Source: Candidatus Edwardsbacteria bacterium RifOxyA12_full_54_48
GTDB lineage: Bacteria; Edwardsbacteria; AC1; EtOH8
Direction: 5' to 3'
DNA: 64,000 nt
Assembly (NCBI GenBank): GCA_001777915.1
Contig: MFFN01000007.1
Location: 4,807-68,806 of the forward strand
How positions within the stretch are numbered: position 1 is the stretch's first letter; each line of letters opens with the position of its first letter. Shown in pieces: positions 53,985 through 63,375 of this stretch. The notes under the pieces were generated by a model. It was not told where the DNA came from. It saw only the letters and a list, made by a program, of their open reading frames with translations, and searched no databases. Made by a program: the position numbers and the translations under genes.

Positions 53985-55073
53985 ATGAAAAAGAACATTT
54001 TAATTTCGGCTTTCCTTGCCGGGCTTGTCTCCCTGGCCCTGGCCGGCTCATTCGGGAAACAGCCCAAACCAGCCATCCAGAAAGGCCCCTACCTGTCCTG
54101 GGACGACGATCTCCGGACCACCATGACCGTCAGCTGGGAGACCAATACTCCTGTTCCCGGGAAACTGGCCTACGGACCCCGGGGTAAAATGAACTACATC
54201 CTGCGGGACGACCAAGCCGGGACCCTGCACCACTTGAGGATAAAAGATCTCAAGCCCGACACCCGCTACTATTACCAGTTGCTGAACCTGTCGGCCCCGG
54301 TCTGCAGTTTTAAGACCGCACCCCGGGAGATGCGGGATTTCAAATTCGTCATCTACGGCGACACCCGGACCTTTCCGGAGCAGCACAAAAAGGTGATCGC
54401 GGCCATAACCCAATACAACCCGGAGTTCCTGATCCACACCGGGGATTACATCCAGGACGGGCGGGTATGGGGCATGTGGCAGGAGTTCTTCGACGCCAGC
54501 CGGCCGTTCTCCTCCTTTATCCCTCTGATGACGGTGATCGGCAACCACGAACGGACCTGCGACAACTATGTGAAGCTGTTCGCCCTGCCCGGCAATGAAA
54601 GGTGGTATGCCTTCGATTATCTGAATGTTCACTTCATCATATTGAACAACGAAGAAAACTACCAGAAAGATTCCCAGCAATACCGGTGGTTCGAGGCCGA
54701 GATAAAACGATCCCGGCCGCTCTATAAATGGCTGTTCGTCCTCCAGCACCGCCAGACCTACTCCTCTGGCAAGCGGGGCAGCGACCAGGATATCCTGGAG
54801 AACCTGGAGCCGCTGTTCAGGAAATACCGGCCGGATGTGGTGTTCTGCGGGCACGAGCATTTTTACGAAAGGCAGCGGCGGGGCGGCGTCAACTATATCA
54901 TCACCGGCGGGGGCGGGGCCCCGCTGTACGACGTCAATCCAGGGGATTCCACCTTCCATGCCGAATCCAGCCTGCACTACTGCCAGGTCGAGGTCAGCGA
55001 CAGCGCCGCCAAGGTGCGGATGGTCCGGGTGGACGGCAGTTCGCCGGACAGTTTGGTGCTGAAGGCCAGATAG
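53985..55073 (+). CDS. metallophosphoesterase (purple-acid-phosphatase-like), secreted
   Basis: Signal peptide and a PAP-type N-terminal beta domain (MTVSWETN). Motifs GDTR, GDYIQDG, GNHE and GHEHFYER. Confidence 0.8.
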   Translation: MKKNILISAFLAGLVSLALAGSFGKQPKPAIQKGPYLSWDDDLRTTMTVSWETNTPVPGKLAYGPRGKMNYILRDDQAGTLHHLRIKDLKPDTRYYYQLLNLSAPVCSFKTAPREMRDFKFVIYGDTRTFPEQHKKVIAAITQYNPEFLIHTGDYIQDGRVWGMWQEFFDASRPFSSFIPLMTVIGNHERTCDNYVKLFALPGNERWYAFDYLNVHFIILNNEENYQKDSQQYRWFEAEIKRSRPLYKWLFVLQHRQTYSSGKRGSDQDILENLEPLFRKYRPDVVFCGHEHFYERQRRGGVNYIITGGGGAPLYDVNPGDSTFHAESSLHYCQVEVSDSAAKVRMVRVDGSSPDSLVLKAR

Positions 55074-55243
55074 TGAAACAGGGTATTGCAAATGACTCAA
55101 GAAAAACCTGATTCCCAGGTAAATAGAATCGGACTGATAGCTGAATTTTGCTCAAATGCCAGCCGCGGTCAAGTATTTGTCTATTGATAGGGGCTTGTTA
55201 ATGTCGAAAAATATCGCTGTTCAAATCTGAAACGGAGAATTTG

Positions 55244-55819
55244 ATGAGAACATTTATTTCAATTATACTCTTATCGGCAGGGCTGCTTATCACGGCCACC
55301 TCTGCCGCCGGGGTGCTTAACTTCAAGCTAAAACCGCTGGAGGGGAAAAAGAAGGTCGAGCTGGCCAGGGTGCTGGAAACCGGCCCGGCCCTGATAGCCT
55401 TCTGGGCCACCTGGTGTCACCCCTGCCAGGAGGAGCTGATCCACATCCAAAAGCTTTACCAGATGTACGCCGACAGCGGGATGTCATTCTACGCCGTCTC
55501 CATCGACGACGCCAAGACCGCCGGCAGGGTCAAGGCGGTGGCCAAAGGGAAGCGGTTCACCCTGCCGATACTGCTGGACCCCGAGCAGGAGGCGATGAGG
55601 TCCTTCAGCCTGATCAACGTTCCCGGGGTCTATATCCTGGGCCGGGACGGGAAGCTGCTTTATCAGCATACCGGCTATAAGCCGGGAGACGAGGCGGCCT
55701 TGGAGGAGAACGTCAGGACGATCCTCAAACTCGCTCCGGGACCGACCGCTCCGGCCGCCGGTGATTCGACAGCCTGCGGGGTGGATTCTTCCTGCTGCCC
55801 GGTCAAGGAGGAAAAATGA
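55244..55819 (+). CDS. TlpA-family thiol-disulfide oxidoreductase (periplasmic redoxin)
   Basis: Signal peptide and the FWATWCHPCQEE CxxC motif. Confidence 0.8.
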   Translation: MRTFISIILLSAGLLITATSAAGVLNFKLKPLEGKKKVELARVLETGPALIAFWATWCHPCQEELIHIQKLYQMYADSGMSFYAVSIDDAKTAGRVKAVAKGKRFTLPILLDPEQEAMRSFSLINVPGVYILGRDGKLLYQHTGYKPGDEAALEENVRTILKLAPGPTAPAAGDSTACGVDSSCCPVKEEK

Positions 55820-57888
55820 GATTTAAAAAGGCCCTGGCGACGGTGGTGCTGCCCATCTGCTTGGCGTTGTCCCTGACCAGTTGCGGCAAGAAACTTCCCA
55901 CCGCGGTGATTTCAGACCAGGGGTATCCCCGCACAGTGCTGGTGGAGCTATTCACCTCCGAATTCTGCACCAACTGCCCGACGGCCGATCGGGCCGCCGA
56001 ACGCCTGGCCGCCGAGATGGGTGATTCCCTATGTCTGGTCGAAATGCATCCCAATAATTTCCTGTCGCTGGGTGACAGCCTGGGGACTGCGGCGGCCGAC
56101 ACCCTGGCCGGTGACTACCAATCCGGCCTATCGGTGACAGGACTTCCCTTCTTCTCCTGCGACGGGCTGGAGAATATGCTGGGAACCTCGGTCGACGACG
56201 AGGCCACCTATCAAAGCTACCGCCAGCTGGCGGATATCCGCAAGATCATCAAAAGCCCATTGAAACTGAACCTCGCCGCCCAGCTGGACCAGGATGCCAT
56301 AATCTACTCCGCCCAGATAACCGCCGGCGGTTCTGTGCCGCAAAACGGCGATCTGGGGCTGGTCCTGCTGGTGGTGGAGGATTCGGTCAGCGCCTACGGC
56401 AAGGTGTTCCGTTATGTGGCGCGTTCGCTGGCCCCCAATACTGAAGGCGACCGGCTAGATATTCTGCCGGCATCGACAGTTTCCCGAGCGGGCAGCATCA
56501 TAAAGAATTCCGGGTGGCTGCCCTGGCGGCTGTCCCTTATTGCTTACGTACGCAACAATGACACCAGGGAGATCGTCCAGGCGGCCAGGGTCCGCATCTA
56601 TGCCGCCACCACCGCCCCGGCAGCGCCCGCCTTGAATCTGCCGGTTGATGATGCGGTAAATCTGGCCCTGAGCCCGACCCTGAGCTGGCTGGCCAGCAGC
56701 GGCGCGGCCAGCTACACCCTGCAGTACGACACCGACAGCCTGTTCGGCGGGGCGGTATCCCAGAGCGGACTGACCGGGACCAGCCTGCAGATAAAAGGCC
56801 TCGGTAACGCCACCACCTATTACTGGCGGGTAAACGCCAGCAACAATGCCGGAGTATCCGGGTGGTCGGCGATCCGTTGCTTTACCACCACCGCCACTGC
56901 TTTGCCGGTTAAGCCGGTTCTGAATGCGCCGGCGAACGGCGACACCGGCGTCAGCAAAAGTCCCACTTTGATCTGGACTGCCAGCAGCGGGGCTTCAAAC
57001 TACGGACTGCAGGTGGCTACCAACAATTCTTTCCATCCCGCCAGCATGATCTATTCCCAATCAGGACTGACCGGCACCGGCCAGTCGATCCTGGGGCTTG
57101 ATCCCGGGATCGACTATTACTGGCGGGTCAATGCCTCCAATATCGCCGGGACATCAGCCTGGTCGGAGACCTGGTCCTTCACCACCACTACCAATCCGGC
57201 CCCCGAACCTCCGGTCTTGGTCTGGCCGGCCAACGGCGAGCTGAACTCCGGCACCAGTCCGGCGCTAAGCTGGAGTTCCAGCTACGGGGCCTACAGCTAT
57301 GCCCTGCAGGTCTCGCCCAGCAGCGACTTTCGGAGCCTGGTATACTATCAAAGCGGATTGCCCGATACCAGCCGCTCCGTTGCCGGCCTTGACTCCCTGA
57401 CCACCTATCACTGGAGAGCCAACGCCTCCAACGTTTACGGAGCCTCCGGCTGGTCCGATGCCTGGACCTTCACCGATGCCAGGGGGTACGGCTTCTCCCG
57501 GCTGATCTCGCCGGACTCGGCCACCAGGCTGCCGGACACCATCATCAGCTACAGCCTGTCCGACCCGGAAACCCCGGAGCTGGGGTTCCATATCTATCTT
57601 GCCAATCTCTCTTCCAAGATGAACATCTATGCCCAGGCCCCCACTTCGCTGAACTCCGATCCCCTTTTGTTCTGGGGATTCCTATGCACCGAAACCGGCT
57701 GCCAGGGGCCCAACGGGATCGCCACTGCAGTATTCAATGCCGGGACCACCCAGCACTGGACGGTGCATTTTAACTTCAACACCTTGCCGCCTCCGGAAGG
57801 ACTGCATTCCTTGATATTAAAGTTATGGGCCGCCGACAATCCGTCGCATATCATGACCCGTCGGCTGTATCTGGAGGTGCTGCCGTGA
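55816..57888 (+). CDS. lipoprotein: thioredoxin-fold (DUF1223/Omp28-like) N-domain + three Fn3-like repeats + C-terminal domain
   Basis: Lipobox LSLTSCGK. VLVELFTSEFCTNCPTADRA resembles the ELFTS.GCSSCPPAD motif I remember for DUF1223. There are three ~97-aa repeats (SPTLSW..SGA.SY.LQ...YYWRVNASN..G.S.WS) at about 56608-57480. Confidence 0.6.
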   Translation: MRFKKALATVVLPICLALSLTSCGKKLPTAVISDQGYPRTVLVELFTSEFCTNCPTADRAAERLAAEMGDSLCLVEMHPNNFLSLGDSLGTAAADTLAGDYQSGLSVTGLPFFSCDGLENMLGTSVDDEATYQSYRQLADIRKIIKSPLKLNLAAQLDQDAIIYSAQITAGGSVPQNGDLGLVLLVVEDSVSAYGKVFRYVARSLAPNTEGDRLDILPASTVSRAGSIIKNSGWLPWRLSLIAYVRNNDTREIVQAARVRIYAATTAPAAPALNLPVDDAVNLALSPTLSWLASSGAASYTLQYDTDSLFGGAVSQSGLTGTSLQIKGLGNATTYYWRVNASNNAGVSGWSAIRCFTTTATALPVKPVLNAPANGDTGVSKSPTLIWTASSGASNYGLQVATNNSFHPASMIYSQSGLTGTGQSILGLDPGIDYYWRVNASNIAGTSAWSETWSFTTTTNPAPEPPVLVWPANGELNSGTSPALSWSSSYGAYSYALQVSPSSDFRSLVYYQSGLPDTSRSVAGLDSLTTYHWRANASNVYGASGWSDAWTFTDARGYGFSRLISPDSATRLPDTIISYSLSDPETPELGFHIYLANLSSKMNIYAQAPTSLNSDPLLFWGFLCTETGCQGPNGIATAVFNAGTTQHWTVHFNFNTLPPPEGLHSLILKLWAADNPSHIMTRRLYLEVLP

Positions 57889-59399
57889 GATATTTTGTTT
57901 TAACTGTTTGTCTTATGGCCTTGGCCGGCGAAGCCGCGGCCTGGGACCTTTCCGGCGGCAACCAGGCGGCCATCTGGGTCTCCCAGGCCGATACCGACAG
58001 CCTCTACAATGTGCTGCATTACCGGGAAGGGTGCGACCTGCGGCTGTCCGGCGATCTCAAGGATCACATCAAGCTTGACGCCGGGCTGAAGTTTTTATAC
58101 GACCAGGAGCGCTGGGACGACCAGCCGGTGTTCTCCGGGATCTCCCGGCGGTATCTTCAGCTGAAGACCGAAAATCTATCGGCCAGGGCCGGGACCTATT
58201 ACGCCACTTTGGGGCGGGGCCTGGTGCTGAACTGCGTCAACCAGCAGGCGGCCAAGGTCGACCGGTATCTGGACGGCGGCCTGGCCTCGGCTTCCTGGGA
58301 AGACCTGGGCGATGCCCGGCTGCTGTTCGGCCGGATCATGGAAAACACCGTGGAGCTGGACACGGCCAAGACCTATTTCGGGACCGAGATAAAGCTGACC
58401 AGGTTATCTTCAGCAACAGTAGGATTGGCCTATCTGAGGTCAAATGCTGCCGGGCCGGCTTTGGACCCTTCCTTCGGCAAGCCGGCCGACGAGCAATACA
58501 GCGGAAGCCTGGGCGGAACGCTCGGCCCGGTGGACCTTTACGGGGAGTACGCCGGCCGGCGCACCTACGGGCGGCTGTCCCCTTCGGCCGGCTGGGTGGG
58601 GATAGAGGATGTCAACGGCCACGCCTTTTACGGCAGCCTGACGGCCGCCTATGCCGGGCTGGGAGCAATGATGGATTTTAAAAAATATCGGGACTTCGAC
58701 GCCGCCATAAATGCGCCGCCGCCCTGCAACCGGGAGGGCCGGCTATTGAACAACGGGCAGGACGAGTATGGCTTTCAAACCGACCTGACGGCCACCCCCT
58801 GGGCTTGGCTGGAATTGCACGGTAATGCATCCTGGGCAAGGACCAGGGACCAGAGGGAGGATATAATGTCAATTGAAGGCCTGTCGTATTCCGGCAGCCA
58901 AAAATGGCAGGATGTTTTTGTGGAGGGCCGGTGGGAGGTCCGGGAGAACCTTCTCCTCAATGCCGAGGGACGGCTGAGACGGGAGGACAACCTGCAGCCC
59001 GATATCATCAGAAAAAAATATATGGGGGCCTCGGCCGGGATGGTATGGAAATACCATGGCTTCCGTACCCTGTCGGTCAAAGCCGGAGGCAACCGCTACA
59101 GGAATATCTATGATATGAGAAGGCTTTATTATGACGAGGTCCTGGCCGAGCTGGGCTGGGTTCCTTTTGCCTGGCTGAATGTCTTTGCCAATGCCGATCT
59201 GGCCGACAAGCCCGTTGCCGAGTACGACGGCAAGAAAAGCTGGGGCGAGGCCGGATGCGCCATAGATTTCGACCAGGGCCGCCAGCAGCTGAAAGTATCG
59301 GCCGGCCGGACCAAGGGCGGATTGGTCTGCTCCGGCGGGTTCTGCCGGTGGGAGCCGGCCTTTAAGGGATTCAAGGCCGCTTGGGAATGGAGTTTCTGA
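57885..59399 (+). CDS. putative outer-membrane beta-barrel protein
   Basis: GTG 57885 overlaps the upstream TGA (GTGA). Signal peptide LMALAGEAAAW. The composition alternates beta-strand-like segments and the terminus is AAWEWSF (aromatic C-terminal residue). CSGGFCRWEPAF motif. Confidence 0.55.
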   Translation: MRYFVLTVCLMALAGEAAAWDLSGGNQAAIWVSQADTDSLYNVLHYREGCDLRLSGDLKDHIKLDAGLKFLYDQERWDDQPVFSGISRRYLQLKTENLSARAGTYYATLGRGLVLNCVNQQAAKVDRYLDGGLASASWEDLGDARLLFGRIMENTVELDTAKTYFGTEIKLTRLSSATVGLAYLRSNAAGPALDPSFGKPADEQYSGSLGGTLGPVDLYGEYAGRRTYGRLSPSAGWVGIEDVNGHAFYGSLTAAYAGLGAMMDFKKYRDFDAAINAPPPCNREGRLLNNGQDEYGFQTDLTATPWAWLELHGNASWARTRDQREDIMSIEGLSYSGSQKWQDVFVEGRWEVRENLLLNAEGRLRREDNLQPDIIRKKYMGASAGMVWKYHGFRTLSVKAGGNRYRNIYDMRRLYYDEVLAELGWVPFAWLNVFANADLADKPVAEYDGKKSWGEAGCAIDFDQGRQQLKVSAGRTKGGLVCSGGFCRWEPAFKGFKAAWEWSF

Positions 59400-59434
59400 G
59401 GGAAATTTAGCAGGTAAAATCGCGAAATAGTCAT

Positions 59435-59471
59435 AGCCAAAGGCCCGGTTTTAACCGGGCCTTTGGCTTTC
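59435..59471 (+). terminator. rho-independent terminator
   Basis: AGCCAAAGGCCCGG-TTTTAA-CCGGGCCTTTGGCT followed by TTT. Confidence 0.8.
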
Positions 59472-59505
59472 CCTTCGAACCATTTTTGCTAGGCTCCTTC
59501 TTTTC

Positions 59506-59534
59506 TTGACAACCCAAGGGCCCGCTGATATAAT
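59506..59534 (+). promoter_or_regulatory. consensus sigma-70 promoter (TTGACA-17 nt-TATAAT)
   Basis: TTGACA at 59506-11, 17-nt spacer, TATAAT at 59529-34, 43 nt before ATG 59577. Confidence 0.65.
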
Positions 59535-59576
59535 CCTACTATCAGTTTCCGATCAATTGTTTTACAGTTTAAATCT

Positions 59577-60515
59577 ATGGATCGCAAAAATCCGCATCTT
59601 TTGGACTATCTGTTCGTTCTGAGGCCCATCCTGCTGGTCCCGGCCTGGACCATGCTGTTGGTGGGCTATTTTCGGGCGCAGGGACATCTTGCTGTTTCCT
59701 TGAAGCTGCCCGGGGAATTCTGGCTGGCCATGCTGATATATAGTGGTCTGATGGGGGCGGTCTATATAATCAATCAGATATTCGACGTGGAGACCGACCG
59801 GCTCAACAAAAAACTATTCCTGGTGGCCGAGGGCTATGTCAATAAAACGGCCATCATCATAGAATCCATAATCCTTTTCCTGACAGCCATATTCATCGGC
59901 TTCTGGAAATTCTCCATTTTGTTCGGGGTCATTATTACGCTCTCCGGTATTTTGGGACTACTGTATTCAGTGCCGCCCTTCAAGTTCAAGGCAAAACCTT
60001 TCCTGGACATGCTGGCCAACGGCCTGGGGTACGGCCTGCTGGCATTTGCCGCCGGCTGGCTATCGGCCGGTCGTGACAATGCCAATCTGTGGTTGTTCTC
60101 CATGCCATATGTGCTGGCGGTCTCCGCAGTTTACCTGAACACCACCATTCCGGATCATAACTCGGATAAGGCCACCGGCAACATCACCACCGGGGTCTTT
60201 ATAGGGATAAAAGTCACCCGCTGGCTGGCCCTGGCCCTGATGCTGGGCAGCCTGTTGCTGTCGATCCACTTTAAAGACCATCTCTGCCTGGCGGCTTCAG
60301 GCGCGGCCCTGCCGCTGTTCGTGATGGCCGTGATATCGGGCAATATGAAATGGACCATGCTGTCCTACCAGGCCGGCTCGCTTATGCTGGTGGTTCTTTC
60401 CGGCATGCTGTTCCCGATATATATTCCGATACTGATAGCCACCTTTCTGGCCCTCAAGTTCTATCACAAATGGCGGTTCGGAATGGATTATCCCAAGTTT
60501 GCCGATAGGGCATAA
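59577..60515 (+). CDS. UbiA-family prenyltransferase
   Basis: About 8-9 TM helices. The first Asp-rich motif is NQIFDVETDRLNK and the second loop is IPDHNSDKATG. Confidence 0.75.
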   Translation: MDRKNPHLLDYLFVLRPILLVPAWTMLLVGYFRAQGHLAVSLKLPGEFWLAMLIYSGLMGAVYIINQIFDVETDRLNKKLFLVAEGYVNKTAIIIESIILFLTAIFIGFWKFSILFGVIITLSGILGLLYSVPPFKFKAKPFLDMLANGLGYGLLAFAAGWLSAGRDNANLWLFSMPYVLAVSAVYLNTTIPDHNSDKATGNITTGVFIGIKVTRWLALALMLGSLLLSIHFKDHLCLAASGAALPLFVMAVISGNMKWTMLSYQAGSLMLVVLSGMLFPIYIPILIATFLALKFYHKWRFGMDYPKFADRA

Positions 60516-60664
60516 TTGCACACGGATGACACTGATCGTGGGATATTTCCACGGATATTTTACCCATGTTTCTTTGGGTTATGAATTATATACACCTGTT
60601 CCTGATGCTGAATCTTTTATGGCTGAGTGTTTGCAGCGCCCAGCCGGAAAAGGAGGGACAAGCT

Positions 60665-62092
60665 ATGAATATAAGAAGGTCCATCATTGCCGGAAGCTGG
60701 TATCCGGGAGAAGCCGATAAGCTATCGGCTCAGATAAATAAATATCTTGATGCGGCAAAGAAGGCCGAAAGCGATGGCGTGTTGACGGGCATCATCGTCC
60801 CCCATGCCGGGTACCTGTACTCCGGACCGACCGCGGCCTATGCCTACAAGAACATCAATCCTGAAAACATCTCCACCGTTATCATGGTGGGTCCCAGCCA
60901 CAGCGCCTATTTTGAGGGGACGGCGGTCTATGGCTTCGGTGCCTGGGAGACGCCGCTGGGTAAGACCGAGATCGACTCCAAGTTGGCCGAAGAGATAATT
61001 TCCCAGGACCAGAAATACATCAATGACAACCCCGGGGCCCATGCCAAAGAACATTCACTGGAGATACAGCTCCCGTTCCTGCAGTCCGTGATGCACTCTG
61101 GATTTAAGATAGTGCCGATAATGCTCTACGATCAGTCACTGGCCTCCTGCGATCGCCTGGCTCAGACCATAGCCGGGGCGGTCAAGGGACGGGACGATGT
61201 CCTGCTGCTGGCCTCCAGCGACCTGTCGCACTACCATTCCCAGGCCGAGGCGAAAAGGCTGGATAAATTGGTGATGGATGCCGTGGGTAAATTTGATCCC
61301 GAAAAATTAGCCGGTGACCTGGCCTTTGAAAAATGCGAGGCCTGCGGAGGCGGTCCGATGGTGACGGTGATGCTGGCCTGCCGCTATCTGGGGGCGGACA
61401 GGTCCGTGGTCTATGACTACCGGACCTCCGGCGATGTGACCGGGGACAAGGGCCAGGTGGTGGGATATCTGGCAGCGGGGCTCTATAATACAAAAAACAA
61501 AAAAGAAAAAATCAAAAAACAAATAATAGAAGACGATAAATTAACACTGGAGGAGAAAAGAGAACTTTTCCGGATAGCGCACCAGTCGATCGAGGCTGAG
61601 GTCAGAGGACTGCCCAAGCCGAAGTTCACACCGCTGACCCCCAGGCTGGCCGAACTACGGGGCGTCTTCGTCACCCTGAAGGAAAGCGGCAATCTGCGGG
61701 GCTGCATCGGATATATAGAGGGCATAAGGCCGCTGTACCAGGCGGTGGCGGAGATGGCGGTGGCGGCGGCCACCGGGGACCCCCGTTTCCCTCCGGTGAC
61801 AACAAGAGAATTACCGGAATTGGAGTATGAGATATCGGTATTGACCCCCAAGAGGCAGATAGATTCGCCGGAAGAGTTCATTGTGGGCAGGCATGGTATA
61901 ATAGTCCAGCGGGGCGGGCGCTCCGGGGTGTTTTTGCCGCAGGTGGCGGCCGAGGAAGGATGGACCCGCGAGGAAACGTTGTCGTATTTATGCCTGCACA
62001 AAGCCGGCCTGCCGGCCGGGGCCTGGAAGGATAAGGAGACGAAATTGTTCGTGTTCGAGGCCGAGGTGATAGAAGGAAAGGATATAAAATGA
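60665..62092 (+). CDS. fusion of AmmeMemoRadiSam system protein B (Memo-like) and protein A (AMMECR1 domain)
   Basis: ATG 60665 follows an AGGAGG RBS (60651-56). Memo motifs are AGSWYPG, IVPHAGYLYSG and GPSH. The AMMECR1 motif is GVFVTLKESGNLRGCIGY. Confidence 0.8.
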   Translation: MNIRRSIIAGSWYPGEADKLSAQINKYLDAAKKAESDGVLTGIIVPHAGYLYSGPTAAYAYKNINPENISTVIMVGPSHSAYFEGTAVYGFGAWETPLGKTEIDSKLAEEIISQDQKYINDNPGAHAKEHSLEIQLPFLQSVMHSGFKIVPIMLYDQSLASCDRLAQTIAGAVKGRDDVLLLASSDLSHYHSQAEAKRLDKLVMDAVGKFDPEKLAGDLAFEKCEACGGGPMVTVMLACRYLGADRSVVYDYRTSGDVTGDKGQVVGYLAAGLYNTKNKKEKIKKQIIEDDKLTLEEKRELFRIAHQSIEAEVRGLPKPKFTPLTPRLAELRGVFVTLKESGNLRGCIGYIEGIRPLYQAVAEMAVAAATGDPRFPPVTTRELPELEYEISVLTPKRQIDSPEEFIVGRHGIIVQRGGRSGVFLPQVAAEEGWTREETLSYLCLHKAGLPAGAWKDKETKLFVFEAEVIEGKDIK

Positions 62093-63048
62093 AAAAAACA
62101 CCATACAGGGTAATTTTTGTCTTAACTTTGATTTGCAGTTTTAACGCTGTTGCCAACGATACGCATATGGGTAGTGTTGGCGGAAATATTTATCCCAGTA
62201 AGAGTAATTCCATCCAAATGGTAAAAGAAAGAATAAATGCAGTAATGTATCATGACAGTTTTACTGTTAGCTGTAAGTTTTGGTTTTATAACCTTGAAAA
62301 ACCCGAATATATTAACGTGGGGTTCCCAGATGCGGTAAATAATAGTGATAGTCCGGCGGCAGATACTTTGCGCAATTTTAAAGTCATTATTAATGGTAAG
62401 CCTGAAGAGATTACACGAGTAAAACAGATTTCAACCGGTTATAACCACGAAACACTCACGAACACGGAGTATTGGTTTACTTGGAAAATGCATTTCCCGT
62501 CAAAAGAGACAGTGTTTGTTGAAAATTATTATACTGGTAGCTACAGCCATAACGCCGGTGGTTTATATTTTGTTAGTTATATAATCGGAACCGGTAGCAC
62601 TTGGCAGGGTTCGATAAAAGATGGGCGAGTCGTTTTCAATCACTCAAATTTGGCAACTAATTATTTTATAAATGATACTTTCCCAGGATATACAAATATT
62701 AAACCCGCATATTATCAAGATAGCGTTGTATATGCTTTTACTAAATATAGACCAAAGGAAAGTGAAATATTGATCGTAGAACTTTATCCGTATTGGGCTA
62801 ACTCAAATATATACGAATTTAAAAAGTATTTAGAGAAAAATAATTATACAAAAAAAGAATTACGTTTAATTCGCAATGAAATATTCGCAAGGCGTGGGTA
62901 TGTTTTTAACGATAAAAGTTTAAATAAATATTTTACCAGTAAAAAATGGTACAAACCAAATAATAATTTCAAAGCATCCATGTTGAATGAGTATGAACAA
63001 AACATGATAAATTATTTATCTCAATTAGAAAAAGAAGCCAATATATAA
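62089..63048 (+). CDS. secreted YARHG-domain protein (AT-rich)
   Basis: Signal peptide. C-terminal LRLIRNEIFARRGYVFNDKSLNKYFTSKKWYKP is the YARHG motif. ATGA overlap with the upstream stop. Confidence 0.7.
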   Translation: MKKTPYRVIFVLTLICSFNAVANDTHMGSVGGNIYPSKSNSIQMVKERINAVMYHDSFTVSCKFWFYNLEKPEYINVGFPDAVNNSDSPAADTLRNFKVIINGKPEEITRVKQISTGYNHETLTNTEYWFTWKMHFPSKETVFVENYYTGSYSHNAGGLYFVSYIIGTGSTWQGSIKDGRVVFNHSNLATNYFINDTFPGYTNIKPAYYQDSVVYAFTKYRPKESEILIVELYPYWANSNIYEFKKYLEKNNYTKKELRLIRNEIFARRGYVFNDKSLNKYFTSKKWYKPNNNFKASMLNEYEQNMINYLSQLEKEANI

Positions 63049-63057
63049 CATTTAATT

Positions 63058-63372
63058 ATGCGACAAAAACAGATCATCGAAGAAATGGCCCTGCTGGCCG
63101 AAAAACTGGGCCTCAACATCAAATTCGACGAATTCGACGGGCGAGGCGGCTGGTGCCGGGTCAAGGACAGCCAGCGGATAATCATCAACAAACGGCTGGG
63201 GCCGCAGGAGCAGATTAGAATATTGTCCCAGATCCTGGCCGGTTATCAGATCGAGGAGCAGTCCATGGCCCCCAAGGTCCGCCAGCTCATCGAGGAGGCC
63301 CGGGAGGAGCTGCAGCCGGCCTTGGATATCTCGGATAAAACTTCTTCAGTCGATACCAAACCGGAGAAATAG
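63058..63372 (+). CDS. hypothetical protein
   Basis: 104-aa ORF with host-like GC content. No recognisable motif. Confidence 0.45.
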   Translation: MRQKQIIEEMALLAEKLGLNIKFDEFDGRGGWCRVKDSQRIIINKRLGPQEQIRILSQILAGYQIEEQSMAPKVRQLIEEAREELQPALDISDKTSSVDTKPEK

Positions 63373-63375
63373 GGC

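Noticed and set aside
60566-60664. An upstream in-frame start for the Memo-AMMECR1 gene, which would add the signal-peptide-like N-terminus MFLWVMNYIHLFLMLNLLWLSVCSAQ.
   Set aside because: ATG 60665 has a strong AGGAGG RBS 8 nt upstream, and Memo/AMMECR1 proteins are cytoplasmic. The longer form cannot be excluded without data.
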